64,000 bases of DNA, taken from contig MU058059.1 in the NCBI GenBank assembly GCA_013265495.1, positions 2,455,502 through 2,519,501 of the forward strand. The letters are read 5' to 3'. The position numbers were made by a program, and so were the translations under genes. Of this stretch, positions 23,566-36,268 are shown one piece after another. The stretch is from Vicugna vicugna (lineage: Eukaryota). The stretch's first letter is position 1; every line of letters starts with the position of its first letter. The notes beneath the pieces are model-generated. The model was not told the origin of the DNA and made no database searches. It saw only the letters and a program-made list of their open reading frames with translations.

Positions 23566-26500
23566 AAAATGTGTCTTAGCAGAGTAAAGGGTTCTTGCCA
23601 CAGTAGTCATTTTACGGGGCTTTTCCTATTTATGGAAGAATAATATTCTGCAGGTACACATCACAATGGTAACCTGCTCAGAAAACAGCTAATTACAGGT
23701 TAATTACTGTTCATTAACACACAGATTGTCAAGTATGTGGTGATTAAGACGTATTTCATTCCTTAATTAGTGTTTGTCCTGACTGCTGCCACCTAGACCC
23801 CAGCCCCCTGCTGGGGGGGGTTGTGAGCCGTGCCTGCTCCCCACTCTCACCAGGGCCCCTGGGCTGCAGCATCTGCTTCCTTGATTTAGACACTGACTTT
23901 TGCCATCTAAGAATAGTGTCTTCCTCTCACGAGCACCCTTTTGCTATATTGTGCTGATTAAAAAAAAGAAGGTTTTACTTTGATTTGTTTCTTCCTCCTC
24001 CTCTCTCCTTTCCCCCCCTCCCACCCTCACCAGCTTCCAGAGACCTCCTGTGGGTCCCTCTGGGTTCCTAACCCCGCGTGCACCCTGAGACGCCCCTGGA
24101 TGCTCACATTCACTGCCTTTCTCCCTGCTTTTGGATTCAGTGATTCTGAGTCCCGTCAGAAGCCAGGAGGGCAGTGATCTTTCATACAAATGAAAGTGAT
24201 CTTTAATACAAAATTTTTGCTTTGAAAAGATGCACAAATGGCCTTGAAATAACTCCCCCAGGCCCCTCCATAAAGGGGCTGTGCCGGGCGGTAGGCAGTG
24301 ACCAGAGGGATGTCAGGGTTAAGCCACGGGAGATGACAGCCTTCTGGTTGCTCGAGAGCCTCCTGTTGAAATGAATGCCTTCGATGCACTGACCGGCCCT
24401 GGGCGGAGGGGAGCAGTCGTCCCAGCACTCAGTTCTCTGCACACCGGGGACACCAAGTGGCCAGCGCTTTGGGGGAGGCTAAGCCAAGGTGACCCTTTAC
24501 CGGTTGGACGTCTTCCGTGGTGACTGAGGGCGTGAGGCTGTGGGAGAGACTCGACCTTTCTCGGCGCTCACATTGTGTTCCCACCTTTACTCCTACACGG
24601 CGGCCTCGGTTGCTCAGCATTAGGGGCCCCCAGCCCACTTACTTTACTAGGAAGTCACAGAAGCCACACTCAGTGTGGCTGCAGTGCCACCTGCATTTGC
24701 TGCTCAAGGACGGTGTTGCAGATCCCCATGGGGGAGTGTTTTCCAAATTGCCTTTCAAGGAATGTTCGAAGGCACTAGTGGATCAAAAGGGAAGAAGCTC
24801 TGGCTTAAGCCAAGTTGAACTCATTTTGTGCTGCAAGCCTTTCAGAGCCGGGGAATGTTTCCACATCTCCGGGGGGACATGGGGCAGGGGCAGGGGCCTG
24901 GCTGGAGCGTGGACATCACTTCGGGCTTTAGCACAACATCTCCTAAGTCTAGTGTTCCCTGGAGCACACTTGGGAAATCCTGATATGTACCAATGGAAAA
25001 AACAGAACGTTCCCTGACTCCATCAACCCTTTAGCTACGGCTGTTATTCCAAATACGAGAGAATCGAATTGCTTCGTACCAAGTGCAAGACAATCGAATT
25101 GCTTTGTACCTCCAGAAGGGTGTGGGGAATTAGACGTGGCAGTGAAATACAACCCCGCCTCGAGCAGGAAAGCTATTCTAAGCTGTTGCCTCTGTCCTCT
25201 GCATTGTGTGCTTGAAACAGATGCGTGGTGTGTTGTAAGGGATCAGTGGGGACACACTGGGCTGTCACGTTAGTGCACTCAGAGCTACATGTAAGAAGCA
25301 GAGGGATTCACGCGACAGTTTTGTACCTTCAAGGATAATATTTTCTTTGTAATACCTTATTTATTTGCAAAGCCTTACCCTGTCCTGAACTTTCATTGTC
25401 ATTATGTACCTGATGTTTGATGACTGAGGACAGGTACTTATCGGGGCTAACACCTGACACTTCTGTATGGTCTGTGGCTTCCTGCTTATCTGCGCTTTTC
25501 CTTATAGCTTTCCTATTTTTTCCCATTTGCCTTCATTTTCCTACCTATTCCATTTTGTGGAATGGGCGTTTGAGCCGAGATTATGTCCCAACACGGTATG
25601 TTGGGTGTGAGAGCACAAGTGACTTGTCTTTTTGCTCATTAGTCGCTATCGAGAGGATCTCAAATTAGATTTAATGTTCAGTAAACCATCTGGACTTGAG
25701 AGAAAAAAAGACGAAGTCATTTCAGAACAGCCTAAATGAATAAGCATGACAAAGCCCCAAGAATTATCTCTATTGTGCATCTTCCTGTCCTTTGAATGCC
25801 TTCAACTTAGAGAAAGGTGGTTTTTCCTTTCCTTCGATGACATGTCCGTGCAAACAAATGTTTCAGAGCTCTGTTCCTGATTTCTTTAAGGTCATTTGCA
25901 TTGTGGTTTTGCTCTGACTCTTCACTGCAGAAACTTTTCTTTTCCTGTATATGTTTTTGTTTTTTTATTTCACTTATTTCGGAAAAAGAAACCAGCAGTT
26001 TTTTTACTGAGTATTTAGCTTTTTATTTAAACCAAAACCAGGCAGGGCTACTAGGCTGTGTGGGAGGGCAGAGAGGCACCACACAGTCCCCTCCGCCCTG
26101 GCACTGGCAGATGACCTTCCAGCGCACCTGCCATGGTGAGCATCGGTGATGGTCGGCACACACCTTTGCTTGCCTCACGCACAGCAAGGGGACGGGCAGC
26201 CTACAGATCTGACTTTGCTCTTCATGGAGGCAGGGAGCACCAGGTGTGCTGCGGTGTTAGCATGTTAGCATGTTTGGCAGACTCTGAAGGGAGCCTGACG
26301 TCGGACTCCTCTCAGGCTGACATCCAGGATGGCTTTTCACAAGCAGAGGAGACAGCGCTAGTCGGTGGTATAACCAGTGGTTTCCTACCTGAGAGCAAAT
26401 GGCTTTTCCCCAAGGCTCCAAAGACCCTCAGGCTGCAGCATCTTACCTCCTGAGATGTTGTTTGTTGAGTGATTGAATGAACATTGATTCTCTCTGGTGT

Positions 26501-26627
26501 GCATGTCTTTACATCCCATGACTGCATATAATAGCCGGGAACCACCAGCAAAAACGAGGTCGAGTCTTCCCAGTGGCCAAGAGTTTGGACAGAAATGGGT
26601 CTCGGTGTGAATCCAAACACACTAATG

Positions 26628-27248
26628 CCATTGCTTCTCACTCGTGGCCATTATGTTTGGACCATCACAGTGAGCGCTGGGTCAGTAAATGCTGGACCGC
26701 TGCTTCTGTGGGAAATAGAGCATCAGTCCCGCGATGAGAGCCTCCGGTCACAACATTTTCATCCACCGATCGGTGCACAACCTGGGTTTATGTGTATTTC
26801 TGTGAGGACACGTATTTAATGGATATACTGATCGTTAACAGTGAACTCGGCCAACAGCACTAGGCTCAGGCCTGAATGAAGCTTATCTAACACACGTTTT
26901 CTCTGCAAGACACATCACAGTCTCCTTGTGCTTGGGAACGCCGGACATCACTGCAGCACCACGCTGGGGGCCTCACGCAGCAACGTCGCCAGTAAAAGGC
27001 ACAAAAATGCAAAGAATGTGGCACATGTGGACTGGGATAAGGACGCTTGTTTGCGTCAGGAGAGGGGAATCTGGAAACCAGAGCCTCTCCATTCCCGACC
27101 TCTGTTGGGACCTGGACACCAGTCTCTGCCCCTCTATCCGTGTCCACGGTGACCAAGCGCGTTGTGCAAGTATTGATTTGGGGGTTTTAGATAAATTATC
27201 AAGTAAGCAACTTCACAAACTCAGGCCAGCAAATAATGAGGATTCATT
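26628..27248 (-). mobile_element. MER82-like TcMar-Tigger element
   Basis: ggccaacagcacta...cctgaatgaagcttatctaacacacg...aaggcacaaaaatgcaaa...gtattgatttggggg...aataatgaggat matches MER82 as I recall it. Confidence 0.8.
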
Positions 27249-27489
27249 ATATTTTCTATTAATTAAGCCAAATAAAAAAAAACCCCACAAAACACGGAAA
27301 ACGTAAGATGATGTAAGATTAACTACTGTGCGATGACAAAATTATACTTCTCCTGTATCCCCAACTCTCATTCTTCTTTTGATTTTGTCCTACCCATGAA
27401 AACTATAAAACAGAAAAAGAGGTTGGGGCAGATTGGGACCGTTTGCTATAGTTTGCCCACTCTTGTCTTAAAATTTATATTCTTAAAAG

Positions 27490-28255
27490 TATGTCGTGTC
27501 AGAGGGAATCATGTGCTGTTTGTCCTGTGACTGGCTTACGAGGCTCAGGGTCATGTCCTCCTCCAGGTTTATCCATATCATAATGTAGTGTTGAAAATTT
27601 TTGCCTTTTTAAAGGCTGAATAGTATTCCATTGTATGTGTAGACCACATTTTGCTTATCCACTCATCTGTCAGTGGACAGGTGGTTTCCATCCATATTTC
27701 AGCTGATGTGATGACTTCTGCTGTGAGCTGCACGGTTTTATGGCATGCTAGGTTTGTGCCTCCACCACCCCCGTGACCACCTCAGCGCTTCTGGCACCAC
27801 GAGCACTGTGCCTGCTGCCCCTTGGTAACCACACCCACCTCCCCGTGTAACCACACCCACCTCCCCCGTTCCTTCTCCCTCCAGCCCCGAGCCCTGACAA
27901 CCGCCTGTCTGTCCTCCATTTTTAAAATTCTGACATCACACCATGTTACGGAAATGGAGTCGGATAGGATGGACTCTTGTGACTGGCTTCTTCACTCAGC
28001 GTGATTCTCCAGAGATCCATCCAAGTTGTCGGGTCTGTCGGTGGTCGGTTGCTTTTTCTTCCTGAGTGGTAGCCCACGCTATGGGTGTAACCACTGTCTG
28101 ATTGTTCGCCATCGGAATGGCATCTGGACTGTATCCGTTTTCTGGCCGTCGTGAGTAAAGCTTCTGTAGACGTGTGTGCGGGTTGTGATAGGAATGAAGA
28201 TGCTCACTCCTCCAACAGTGCAATCGCTGGGTTGTGTTTGAAGACTGATCGTCTG
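27490..28255 (-). mobile_element. LINE-1 fragments (two adjacent old 3' segments)
   Basis: aaggctgaatagtattccattgtatgt...ttatccactcatctgtcagtggaca; cttgtgactggcttcttcactcagc...gagatccatccaagttgt. Confidence 0.75.
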
Positions 28256-29327
28256 CATGGTGTGTGAGCCATGGTCTCCTTGGTACGGTTTCCTGCTGTG
28301 TGAAAATGGAGGTTAGAGTCGTGTCATGTGGATCTTTTATCATCAGTAATAGTCTGACATCGGACACCTTGAGACAATTTTGTTAAGAAAATTGGTAACT
28401 TTGTCACTGGTTCTTTTTTCTCCTTTGCCTCAGTTTCTCTGAAGTGGCTCCAACCATCTCAAAAATAATCATTTCTTCCAAGAACCTCAGAGCTTGTTGC
28501 CTTTCTTCTGTTGTCTTACTTCTCCCATGATCAAACAGTTGAAAAACCCTCATGATTTCATAGCAGAGATTTTTGTATCATTCTCCCCCAAATTCACGCT
28601 CTGCCATCTGAATTTCAGCCAGCACAGCCTCTTCTCTCTGTGACTGATAGGATGTGTTTCCTGGAACTGTTGCCCTACGAGTAGAGCCTCGTAGCCTGAT
28701 CACAGCTGACCTTTATAGCTGTAAGTCCCAGTCCCCCTCCTCATGGCCGTGGTCCATCCCAGGGCCTTGGCACATGCCCTGGAAGGCGTCTTACCCTGTT
28801 CACGCTGTTAGCTCATGCAACTATCAGCTCGAATGCCACCTCCTCATGGGAGGTCCTCTGGTACATGTTCTTCTGTATCCTGTCCTCTTCTTTCATAACA
28901 CTTTAAAAATTGCAGTTGTGTATTTTAGTTGTTTAAAACCTAGAGCCCCACACGGTCCATTCTGGTTATGGAGTCCTCTCAAAGTTGACCGGAAAATATC
29001 TTTTCCTTTTTTTCCTTTGCTTTGCTTTCCTTTTTCCTTTTCATCTTATCAACAGAAGATAGCAGTTCTTGATCAGGAACTCATCTGGTGAGTTCTTGAG
29101 GTAGGGCGCCTCTGGCCCACCCGTTCACCTCCCTGAAAACGGGGTTCAGATCTCAGTTATTTCTGTAGTTTTAGGCCCTTGGAGCATTGACTGGCAGATA
29201 ATAGCCGTTTCATTTTGCGGGAAACACGAGTAGATGAACGATTGAAGCTACATGTCTTCTACATTGGATATGTTGGTAAAAGTCAGACGAAATGAGTGAA
29301 TAATGAAAATCTTTCTTAATTTTCCAG

Positions 29328-29406
29328 GTGGTTTTTGAAGTCATAACTTCTGGACATCCAGGCTACCTCGCTATTGATGAAGTCAAGGTGTTGGGACATC
29401 CATGTA
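29328..29406 (+). CDS. PTPRM: PTPRM coding exon (exon 4), 79 bp, end of MAM domain; phase 0 to phase 1
   Basis: Acceptor ctttcttaattttccag ends at 29327 and donor gtaagt starts at 29407. Translates VVFEVITSGHPGYLAIDEVKVLGHPC, in frame with the previous exon. Too short to appear in the ORF track. Confidence 0.96.
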
Positions 29407-29705
29407 GTAAGTCGCCTCAGCTTTTCAACATCCGGGTCCATCTTTGGGGACATATTTAGGTTACAGATTAAAAGAAGGCACTACAACCTGGAGAAGTCGT
29501 CCTGCCCAGAGAGTCCCTGATGGGTCTCTCGGTGCTGCTTTGCTAGCCCAGAAGTTCAAAAACATGTATTTCTTGTGTGATGTCATTGTACGTCCCTAAG
29601 TGTCTTCAAAATGAAAATCAGGAACGGGGGCTGAAGGAACACGTTGGTATGCTCAAATAGCCAAGCCCAGAACAGAGCTTCAGGAGCTGAGTGACCATAA
29701 CTCAG

Positions 29706-29782
29706 CAAATGTGTGTCTGCGTGTGTGCGTGGGTGTGTGTGTTCATGTGTGTTTGCGCAAGAGTGTGTGCGTGCTTGGGTGT
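29706..29782. repeat. Imperfect (GT/GC)n repeat
   Basis: tgtgtgtctgcgtgtgtgcgtgggtgtgtgtg... Confidence 0.75.
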
Positions 29783-30429
29783 GGTATTTCCCGTAAAAAG
29801 TAAAGAACGTCATGTTTGCCTTTTGTACATTCTAATGAGTGGTGTATACTGTGCAAATGACTCTGTATGCTTTTTTTCACCCGCTTAATATTTTATTTTG
29901 GGTTCGATCCCTTATATTGTACCATATGAATATACTACGTTCTATTTTTCCATGCATCTATGAACTTTCAGTCCCCACCCCCAGTTTTTGTATGACCATC
30001 ACGGCTCCCGTGAGCATCCCAGCGTGCGCCTCTGAGAACCTGCGCGGGGCTTATCACTAGAAGCGGCATTGCTGGGATACGGGATAGAAACTTTTTTAAT
30101 TTTACTAGATGCTGCCAAATTGCTATGAAAAGTATCTGAGCAGTTGATATTCCCACCAGCATGGAAGTTTTATTTGCTCTATATCCTTGCCCAAAATTGA
30201 TATTGTCAAACTTTAAATCTTTGAGCATCTTAGGGATGGCAGCCCGCCTTATTTTAAGGTTCCCCGGCAATAAAGAGAAATTGGCCCATTCAGATGATTC
30301 TGGATCTCTGCTGAAGGTCCCTCCCCAGATTCATAAGAGAATGGTTGTGTCTACAGTGATATTAGAAATACAGACTCAGGCAGGAGTTCTGCTTTTGCTG
30401 CACGGGTTGAAGAGATGGTGTGCTCGCTC

Positions 30430-30511
30430 CCTGTGCGGGTTCCAGAGAAGCCTGGATGGTTGTTATCCGACCTGTGCGGGTTCCAGAGAAGCCTGGGTGG
30501 TTGTTATCCGA
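30430..30511. repeat. Tandem duplication, 2 x 41 bp, one mismatch
   Basis: cctgtgcgggttccagagaagcctgg(a/g)tggttgttatccga occurs twice head-to-tail. Confidence 0.95.
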
Positions 30512-32044
30512 TGGGGTATCAGGACCCCGTCGTCTGCTCCCATCCAGAGGGGCTTTGCCCTCGGGTCTTTAGCTGGTGCTCCAAGTTCAAGCCCGACAGT
30601 CACCCTGTTCATTACCAAGGCAGACGTTACCTTTGTAGTACATTGCATTGGCCTTTTCTTCTGTCTGTCAGCAAGACCTTTGAGTTGAAGAGGAATCTGT
30701 CCCCCCTTTTCTTCCCGAAAAGACGAGTAAACAAGCACTGCTGTATCTAATGGGAACATCAGGGCAAATTTAGGAAGCAGAATATAATTACCTGAGTTGG
30801 AACTTGGCCAAATCCTCAGAGTAATAGCCCCGGGCTTGGAAAAATGCCATGGGAACTTCTAATGTGTGTGGTTGTCCAAGCCTCTGATTGGCCTCTTCCC
30901 AGGCGATAAAAAGACGATAATACTGTAGGCATACTATGTGCTGATTGCTCCGTTTCTCAGAGCAAAACTGGCCATGAGGCAGGTGTCACTGATGCTCTGG
31001 GTGCAGGTGCAGTGGCCGCTGGCCAACAAAATAGCTCCTGAAATGTAGTCACTCCCATCCCACAGGATTTGAGTCACTGCCTTCAGGAAGATAGAAAGAC
31101 TTAATGTTTTTTCTTCTATCAGAGCCTTCCTGAAATGTGTCTCCTGCAGTTTTGTTCATTTCTCCCAAGCCCAGCTGCCTGCAGCCATAGAAATGGTGTT
31201 TATGGTGTGTCCTTTGGAGAATACTGGTGCTAATACCTAATTGGCTTTGCAAAGTGCTGTTGGGAGATACAGAATCACAGAACAGGCTCTGTCCTGAGGT
31301 GATGGATGGTACCATGGCGTGTTGCACTGTGAGCTTTAAATGGTTTTGATGATAGCCTTTCTGTAGTTATTTTTTTCCTGAATCTCGGAGTTTATGGGGA
31401 AAACATGCAAATAAAGATTTTAAAGAAGGAAATCATTTGGTCTTAAAATGGAAAGCTTTCTAATTTGTATTCTAAGGAATTTCCTATCAAGACTTCTAAA
31501 TAATAATCAATTATTTTGAAAGGCTGCTGCTCATTAAATTTACACTGTAAAGGAGCATAAATATTGCATATCTGAAAATGTGCTTTCCAAAAAGATGCAA
31601 AACTGCTCAACTGTATTTACTTTGCTCTAAAGGCTCCTGTTTGGATTCATATAGGTTTATGAGCAGGCATTATGACTTTTTTTTTGAAAGTAGCTTTTCT
31701 GTTAAGATTATACAGTTGCTCATAAAATTGATTTTCGTGTAGGGCTGGTGAGATGCAGGATCAGCCTGAAATGTAGAGATGGCTGTGCAGACCCAGCAGC
31801 TCTCTGGCTTCGGACTACTTCTAATGAACAGAGATGATTTTTGTTATTTGGTATACAGGCAAAAATATATTTTGAGTTTGGTTCAATAATCCTAGTAGGA
31901 GAAACTGAAGAAGCATTTTTTCCACTTCGTAATGTTGTCTCCTGTTTTCAAGTCGGTTGTAACTTACGCATATGTGGGTATTACTGTGATGACTTTGTGG
32001 TGTTATTACTTTGTGATGTATTTTGTTATCTTACAAGCCTTGCA

Positions 32045-34890
32045 GCATTTTAACATCACATATCACGCAATTCATCCACTCCAGGGGTAGGATTCAGTGG
32101 TTTTTAGTATATGCAAGAGTTGTATAACCATCACCATGGTCAGTTTCAGAACATTTCCATCACACCAGAATGAACCCCTGTCCCTGTTTTAACAGTCATT
32201 CTCAATTTCCCCCCGCCCCACCAGAAGCCTGGGCGACCACTAACGTGCGTTCTGTCCCCGTGGATTTGCTTTCTCTCCGTACTCTGATTCAGTGCGACCG
32301 TGGTCCTGTGTGTCTTCCTGCTTCCACTCAGCATGACATTTCGTGGTCTATCCAGGTTGTAGAGTGTATCAGTACTTCATTCTTTCCTAAGTCTAGTAAT
32401 ATTCCATTGTGTAACAGACCACACTTTCCCTTTATTCATCAGCTGGCAGACAATCAAGTTGTTTCCAGCTCTTGGCTACTGTGAGTAATGCTGCTGTGGA
32501 CATGTACGTACAGGCTTCTGCATGGACATTTGCTTTCAGTTCTCTTGGTTGTAGACTCAACAGTAGACTTGCTGGATCACATGGTATCTTTATGTGTAGT
32601 ATTTTGAGGAATTGTGAAATTGTTTTCCAAACTGGCTGCACCATTTTACACTCTGAGCGATGCGATATGAAGGTTCTAATTTCTCCATGTTCTTGCCAAT
32701 GTTTATCATTATCCGTCTTCTTTAATCACAGCCACCCTCGTGGGTTTGAAGTGGAATCTCTTTGTGGTTTTAGTTCTCTCATGGCTGATGATGTTGAGCA
32801 GCTTTTCATATGCTTATTGGCAACTTTTATGTCTTTTTTTAAAAAGTAACTATTCAGATCCTTTCCCCATTTTTAACTGAGCTATTCATCTTTTACCATT
32901 GGGCTGTAGGAGTTTTTAAATATATCTGGATACAAGTTCCCTTCAGATACATACTTCTCCCCAGTTGGTGGGTTATGTTTTCATTTTCTTGATGACGTCC
33001 TTTGCAGTACAAAGGTTTTCATTTTAGCGAAGTCCAGTGTTCTGCCTTGTCACTTGTGCCACTTGTGTCATTTGCTGTTAATGCTTTGCTCATCCAAGAT
33101 CAGAAAGGCTTACACTACAGTTTCTTTAAGAGTTTTATAGTTTTAACTCTTACACAGAGGTCTGCGATCGGTTGTGAGTTAATGTGTATATATGATTTAA
33201 GGAAGTGGTGTGACTTCAATCTTTTTGCGTACGGATACCCAGTTACTCCTGCCCCACATGTTGAAAGGTGTTCTTTCCCCACTGGAGTGTCTTGGCCTCT
33301 TTTGTTGGAAGTCAGTTGATGTAAATGTAAAGGCTCATTTCTGGACACCTGGGTCTATCCTGTTGATCTACATGTCTGTCCTCTGCCAGCACCGCACTTT
33401 GTTGGCACAAACTTTGAAGTAAGTTTGAAATGCGGATCTGTGAATCCTCCAGCTTTGTGCTCCTTCTTAGTGTTGTCGTGCCTGTTCTGGGTCCCTTGCC
33501 TTTCCATATGAATTTTCAGAGAAACATCCCCATTTCAGCCAAAAAGCCAGCTAAGTTTTTGGTAGGAGTTGCTTTGGGGGGGGGTTATTGCCATCTTAAC
33601 AATATTAGGTGTTCTGGTCTATGAACATGGGCTGTTTTCCCTTTTATGCACGTCTTCTCATATTTCCTTTGATACTGTTTATAGTGTTCAGGGTACAAAT
33701 TTCATATTGATTTCTGTTAAATTTATTCCTGTGTGTTTTATTTTGATGCTACTATAAGTGGGATTGTTTTCTCAATTTCAGTTTTGGATTTTTCACTGCA
33801 CACGTATAGCAATACATTTTTTGTATTTGACTTTTGTGTATTGACCTTGCTTCCTGAGACCGTGTTGAACTTATTTATTATAAGCTCTGATTTTTCTGGA
33901 TCCTTAGGATTTTCCAAACTGTCTCTTGTTTAAGCTGAGTTAGTTTTACGTCCTGCTTTTCAGTCTGGATGCCTTTTGTTCTCTTTCTTGCCTAATGGTC
34001 ATGGCTAGACCTCCGGGCCACGGCTGAGTGGAAGTAGGGAGAACACACATCCTTGTCGTGCCCCTGTCTTAGGAGGGGAGCTTCTAGCCTTTCACCATTA
34101 AGTGTGATGTCAGCTGCGGGCTTGAGTTTTTCTTAGATGCGTATTATCAGGAAGGACATTCCTTTTTATTCCTACTTTATTGGGTGTTTTTTATGAATCA
34201 ATTATGAAAGGGTGTTGGATTTTAGCAAATGCTTTTTCTTTAGGTAGGAGAGGAGAAAGTTCTCCCCGACCTTCTTAGGGTCCCTGGCTGGGTCTGAAAT
34301 TTAAACTGGCAAAGACAGACAGCTGGGAGGAAAGCATTCAGGTGTATTTCGTGTGTGTTTTATGTGACACAGGCGCTCTGTAGGAAATGAGGACCCAAAG
34401 AAACAGACCTGAGTGTCTTTATTGCCAGTTTTGAGTGTATTTATGTTAGTTTTGATGAAGAGCAGGCATCCGTGGAGAAATACGGTTAAAGACTCAACAG
34501 CAAGTGTGGTGAACACGTCTCAAGACGTGAGTTCCAGTTCTCCTCAGTGTCCGTTTGTCTTTGGAGACAAGGATGCTCGTTCCTCTGGTAAAGAGAGGGC
34601 ACCTCTCACATGACAGTTTGATGACCTGTTTCAGGGGAGACGGCGGGGGAAGGTCAGAGTGACCGTCTAGCTTCTGCTGTTTTCTCAGACTTCAGCTTAG
34701 AAATATCCAGTGTGCCAAGGTGTCATGTTTTGGAGTGGCGTTTCCTGACCCTTATCATCTTGCAGATTATCATGTGGTTTTTGCCTTTTATTCTGTTAGC
34801 AGGGTGTGTTCTGCTGATTGATTTTTGGATGTTGAATCAACCTGACACGCCTAGGATAAATCCCACTGGGTTATAGTGATCGTTTTTACA
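32045..34890 (-). mobile_element. Old LINE-1 (L1M-type), about 2.3 kb of ORF2 3' part and 3' UTR, interrupted by an LTR at 34241-34757
   Basis: Continuous antisense L1 hallmarks: gctggatcacatggta, gttttccaaactggctgcaccattttaca, gatgttgagcagcttttcatatgcttattggc, tttcaccattaagtgtgatgt, aggataaatcccact. Confidence 0.88.
34241..34757. mobile_element. ERV1-class solo LTR (MER34/MER39-like) nested in L1
   Basis: Ends ...ccttatCA; flanked by the 4-bp duplication tctt (34237-34240 and 34758-34761); L1 sequence resumes after it. Confidence 0.75.
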
Positions 34891-35689
34891 TGTTGTCATA
34901 TAACGTGTTAAATATAATGTTATTTGCATATGTGATGCCTTGAATGCTGAAATCTAAAAATTGCACAGAATCATACCTCGTTATTTTTCTGCCAATTTGG
35001 AAACATAATAATATAATGAAAAAGATCGAAAAAACCCTCATAAGCCCATATGCCGTATAATGGATAAAATGAATCCAAAATCCGACAGTACTCTGCGTTA
35101 CTACTTTGCAATATGAAATAAGTCAGCAGTCTCTTTAAACATTTAAGAAATGCTGAGTTTGTAATATGTTCCTAGTTCAAATTTATTCTTACTTTACAAA
35201 ACAAAATTAATTTTTCACTCATAGATTTATTTGCATACTCAAACATCACTTGCCTACTTTCAAATTTAGATTTTTATGAAGACGTTAAACAGTGTGATTA
35301 AAAGAAGAATAACAGTGGCAAAAAAAAAAGCGGAACTGTTTTCTGAATTATGTTCTGTTGAATGAAGACAAACGCACGTGCTTCGGTTGAGAGATACTTA
35401 GGATTCAGAACTGGCGTTTTAAACATGGAGGAGCATAACTTGGGTTTTTCTCCAAAGGAATATCATTCTTCTTCAGGATGCGGGCGACTGATCCAAGTTA
35501 TTTTTATATGGTGCCTGGCTTATTTTTCTCTGATAAGAATGGTGAATCTATTTTTCCACTTGACAGATTATTCCATTAAGGTCCATTCTTACCTTTCAAG
35601 CAAAACATAGTAGTTTTGTCTTGAAACATGTTAAAAGCCTCCTGCTCACAAGAGTTACTGGCCTCTGTGGCACTGTAACTTCATTCAAA

Positions 35690-35830
35690 TAGTGGGGGCA
35701 ACATTAACAATGCTCTCCTACAGGGTGAATGTAGGGGCTGAATGAGTTAATGTACATAATGGATTTATAGCCATGCTTAGCGTATTCTAAGAGCTCAATA
35801 AATATTATTATTATTGTTATTGTTATTATG
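35690..35830 (+). mobile_element. MIR SINE 3' part
   Basis: ccctacagggtgaatgtaggggctgaatgagttaatgtacataa...gagctcaataaatattattatt. Confidence 0.65.
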
Positions 35831-35999
35831 CCTATCAGGCCCACTAGAGTTAATTAGCTGCAGATTGTAACCCTAAGTAGCTAAACAGATTGATTTCTTA
35901 GATGGGGTAATTTAACAGTGTCCATTTGAAAAGTAAAAAAAGTATTATTTGCAAAACAGATTCTTTTTCAGCGTTAGAGTAAGCAGTCCCAGGCATTCT

Positions 36000-36268
36000 T
36001 TTTGTATATATATATTTTTATTGAAGTAGAGTTAGTTTACAACATTGTGTCAATTTCTGGTGTACAGCATAATGCTTCACTTGTACATGAACATACATAT
36101 ATTCGTTTGCATCTTTTTCACCATAAGTTACTACAAGATATTGAATATAGTTAGTTCCCTGTGCTGTACAGTATGAACTTGTTGTTTATCTATTTTGTAT
36201 ATAGTAGTTAGTATCTGCAAATCTCGAGCTCCCAGTTTATCCCTCCAGCCCCCTCTTCCCGCCCCCGT
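36000..36268 (-). mobile_element. LINE-1 3' end
   Basis: ttttattgaagtagagttagtttacaacattgtgtcaatttctggtgtacagcataatg...gttactacaagatattgaatatagtt. Confidence 0.85.

Noticed and set aside
30430..30511. Direct repeats considered as a CRISPR-like array (also 25062-25110)
   Set aside because: Only two units, no series of unique spacers, no cas genes, and a mammalian intronic context.
32045..34890. Possible intact L1 ORF2 or domesticated gene
   Set aside because: Heavily decayed; only short ORFs remain on the L1 coding strand.
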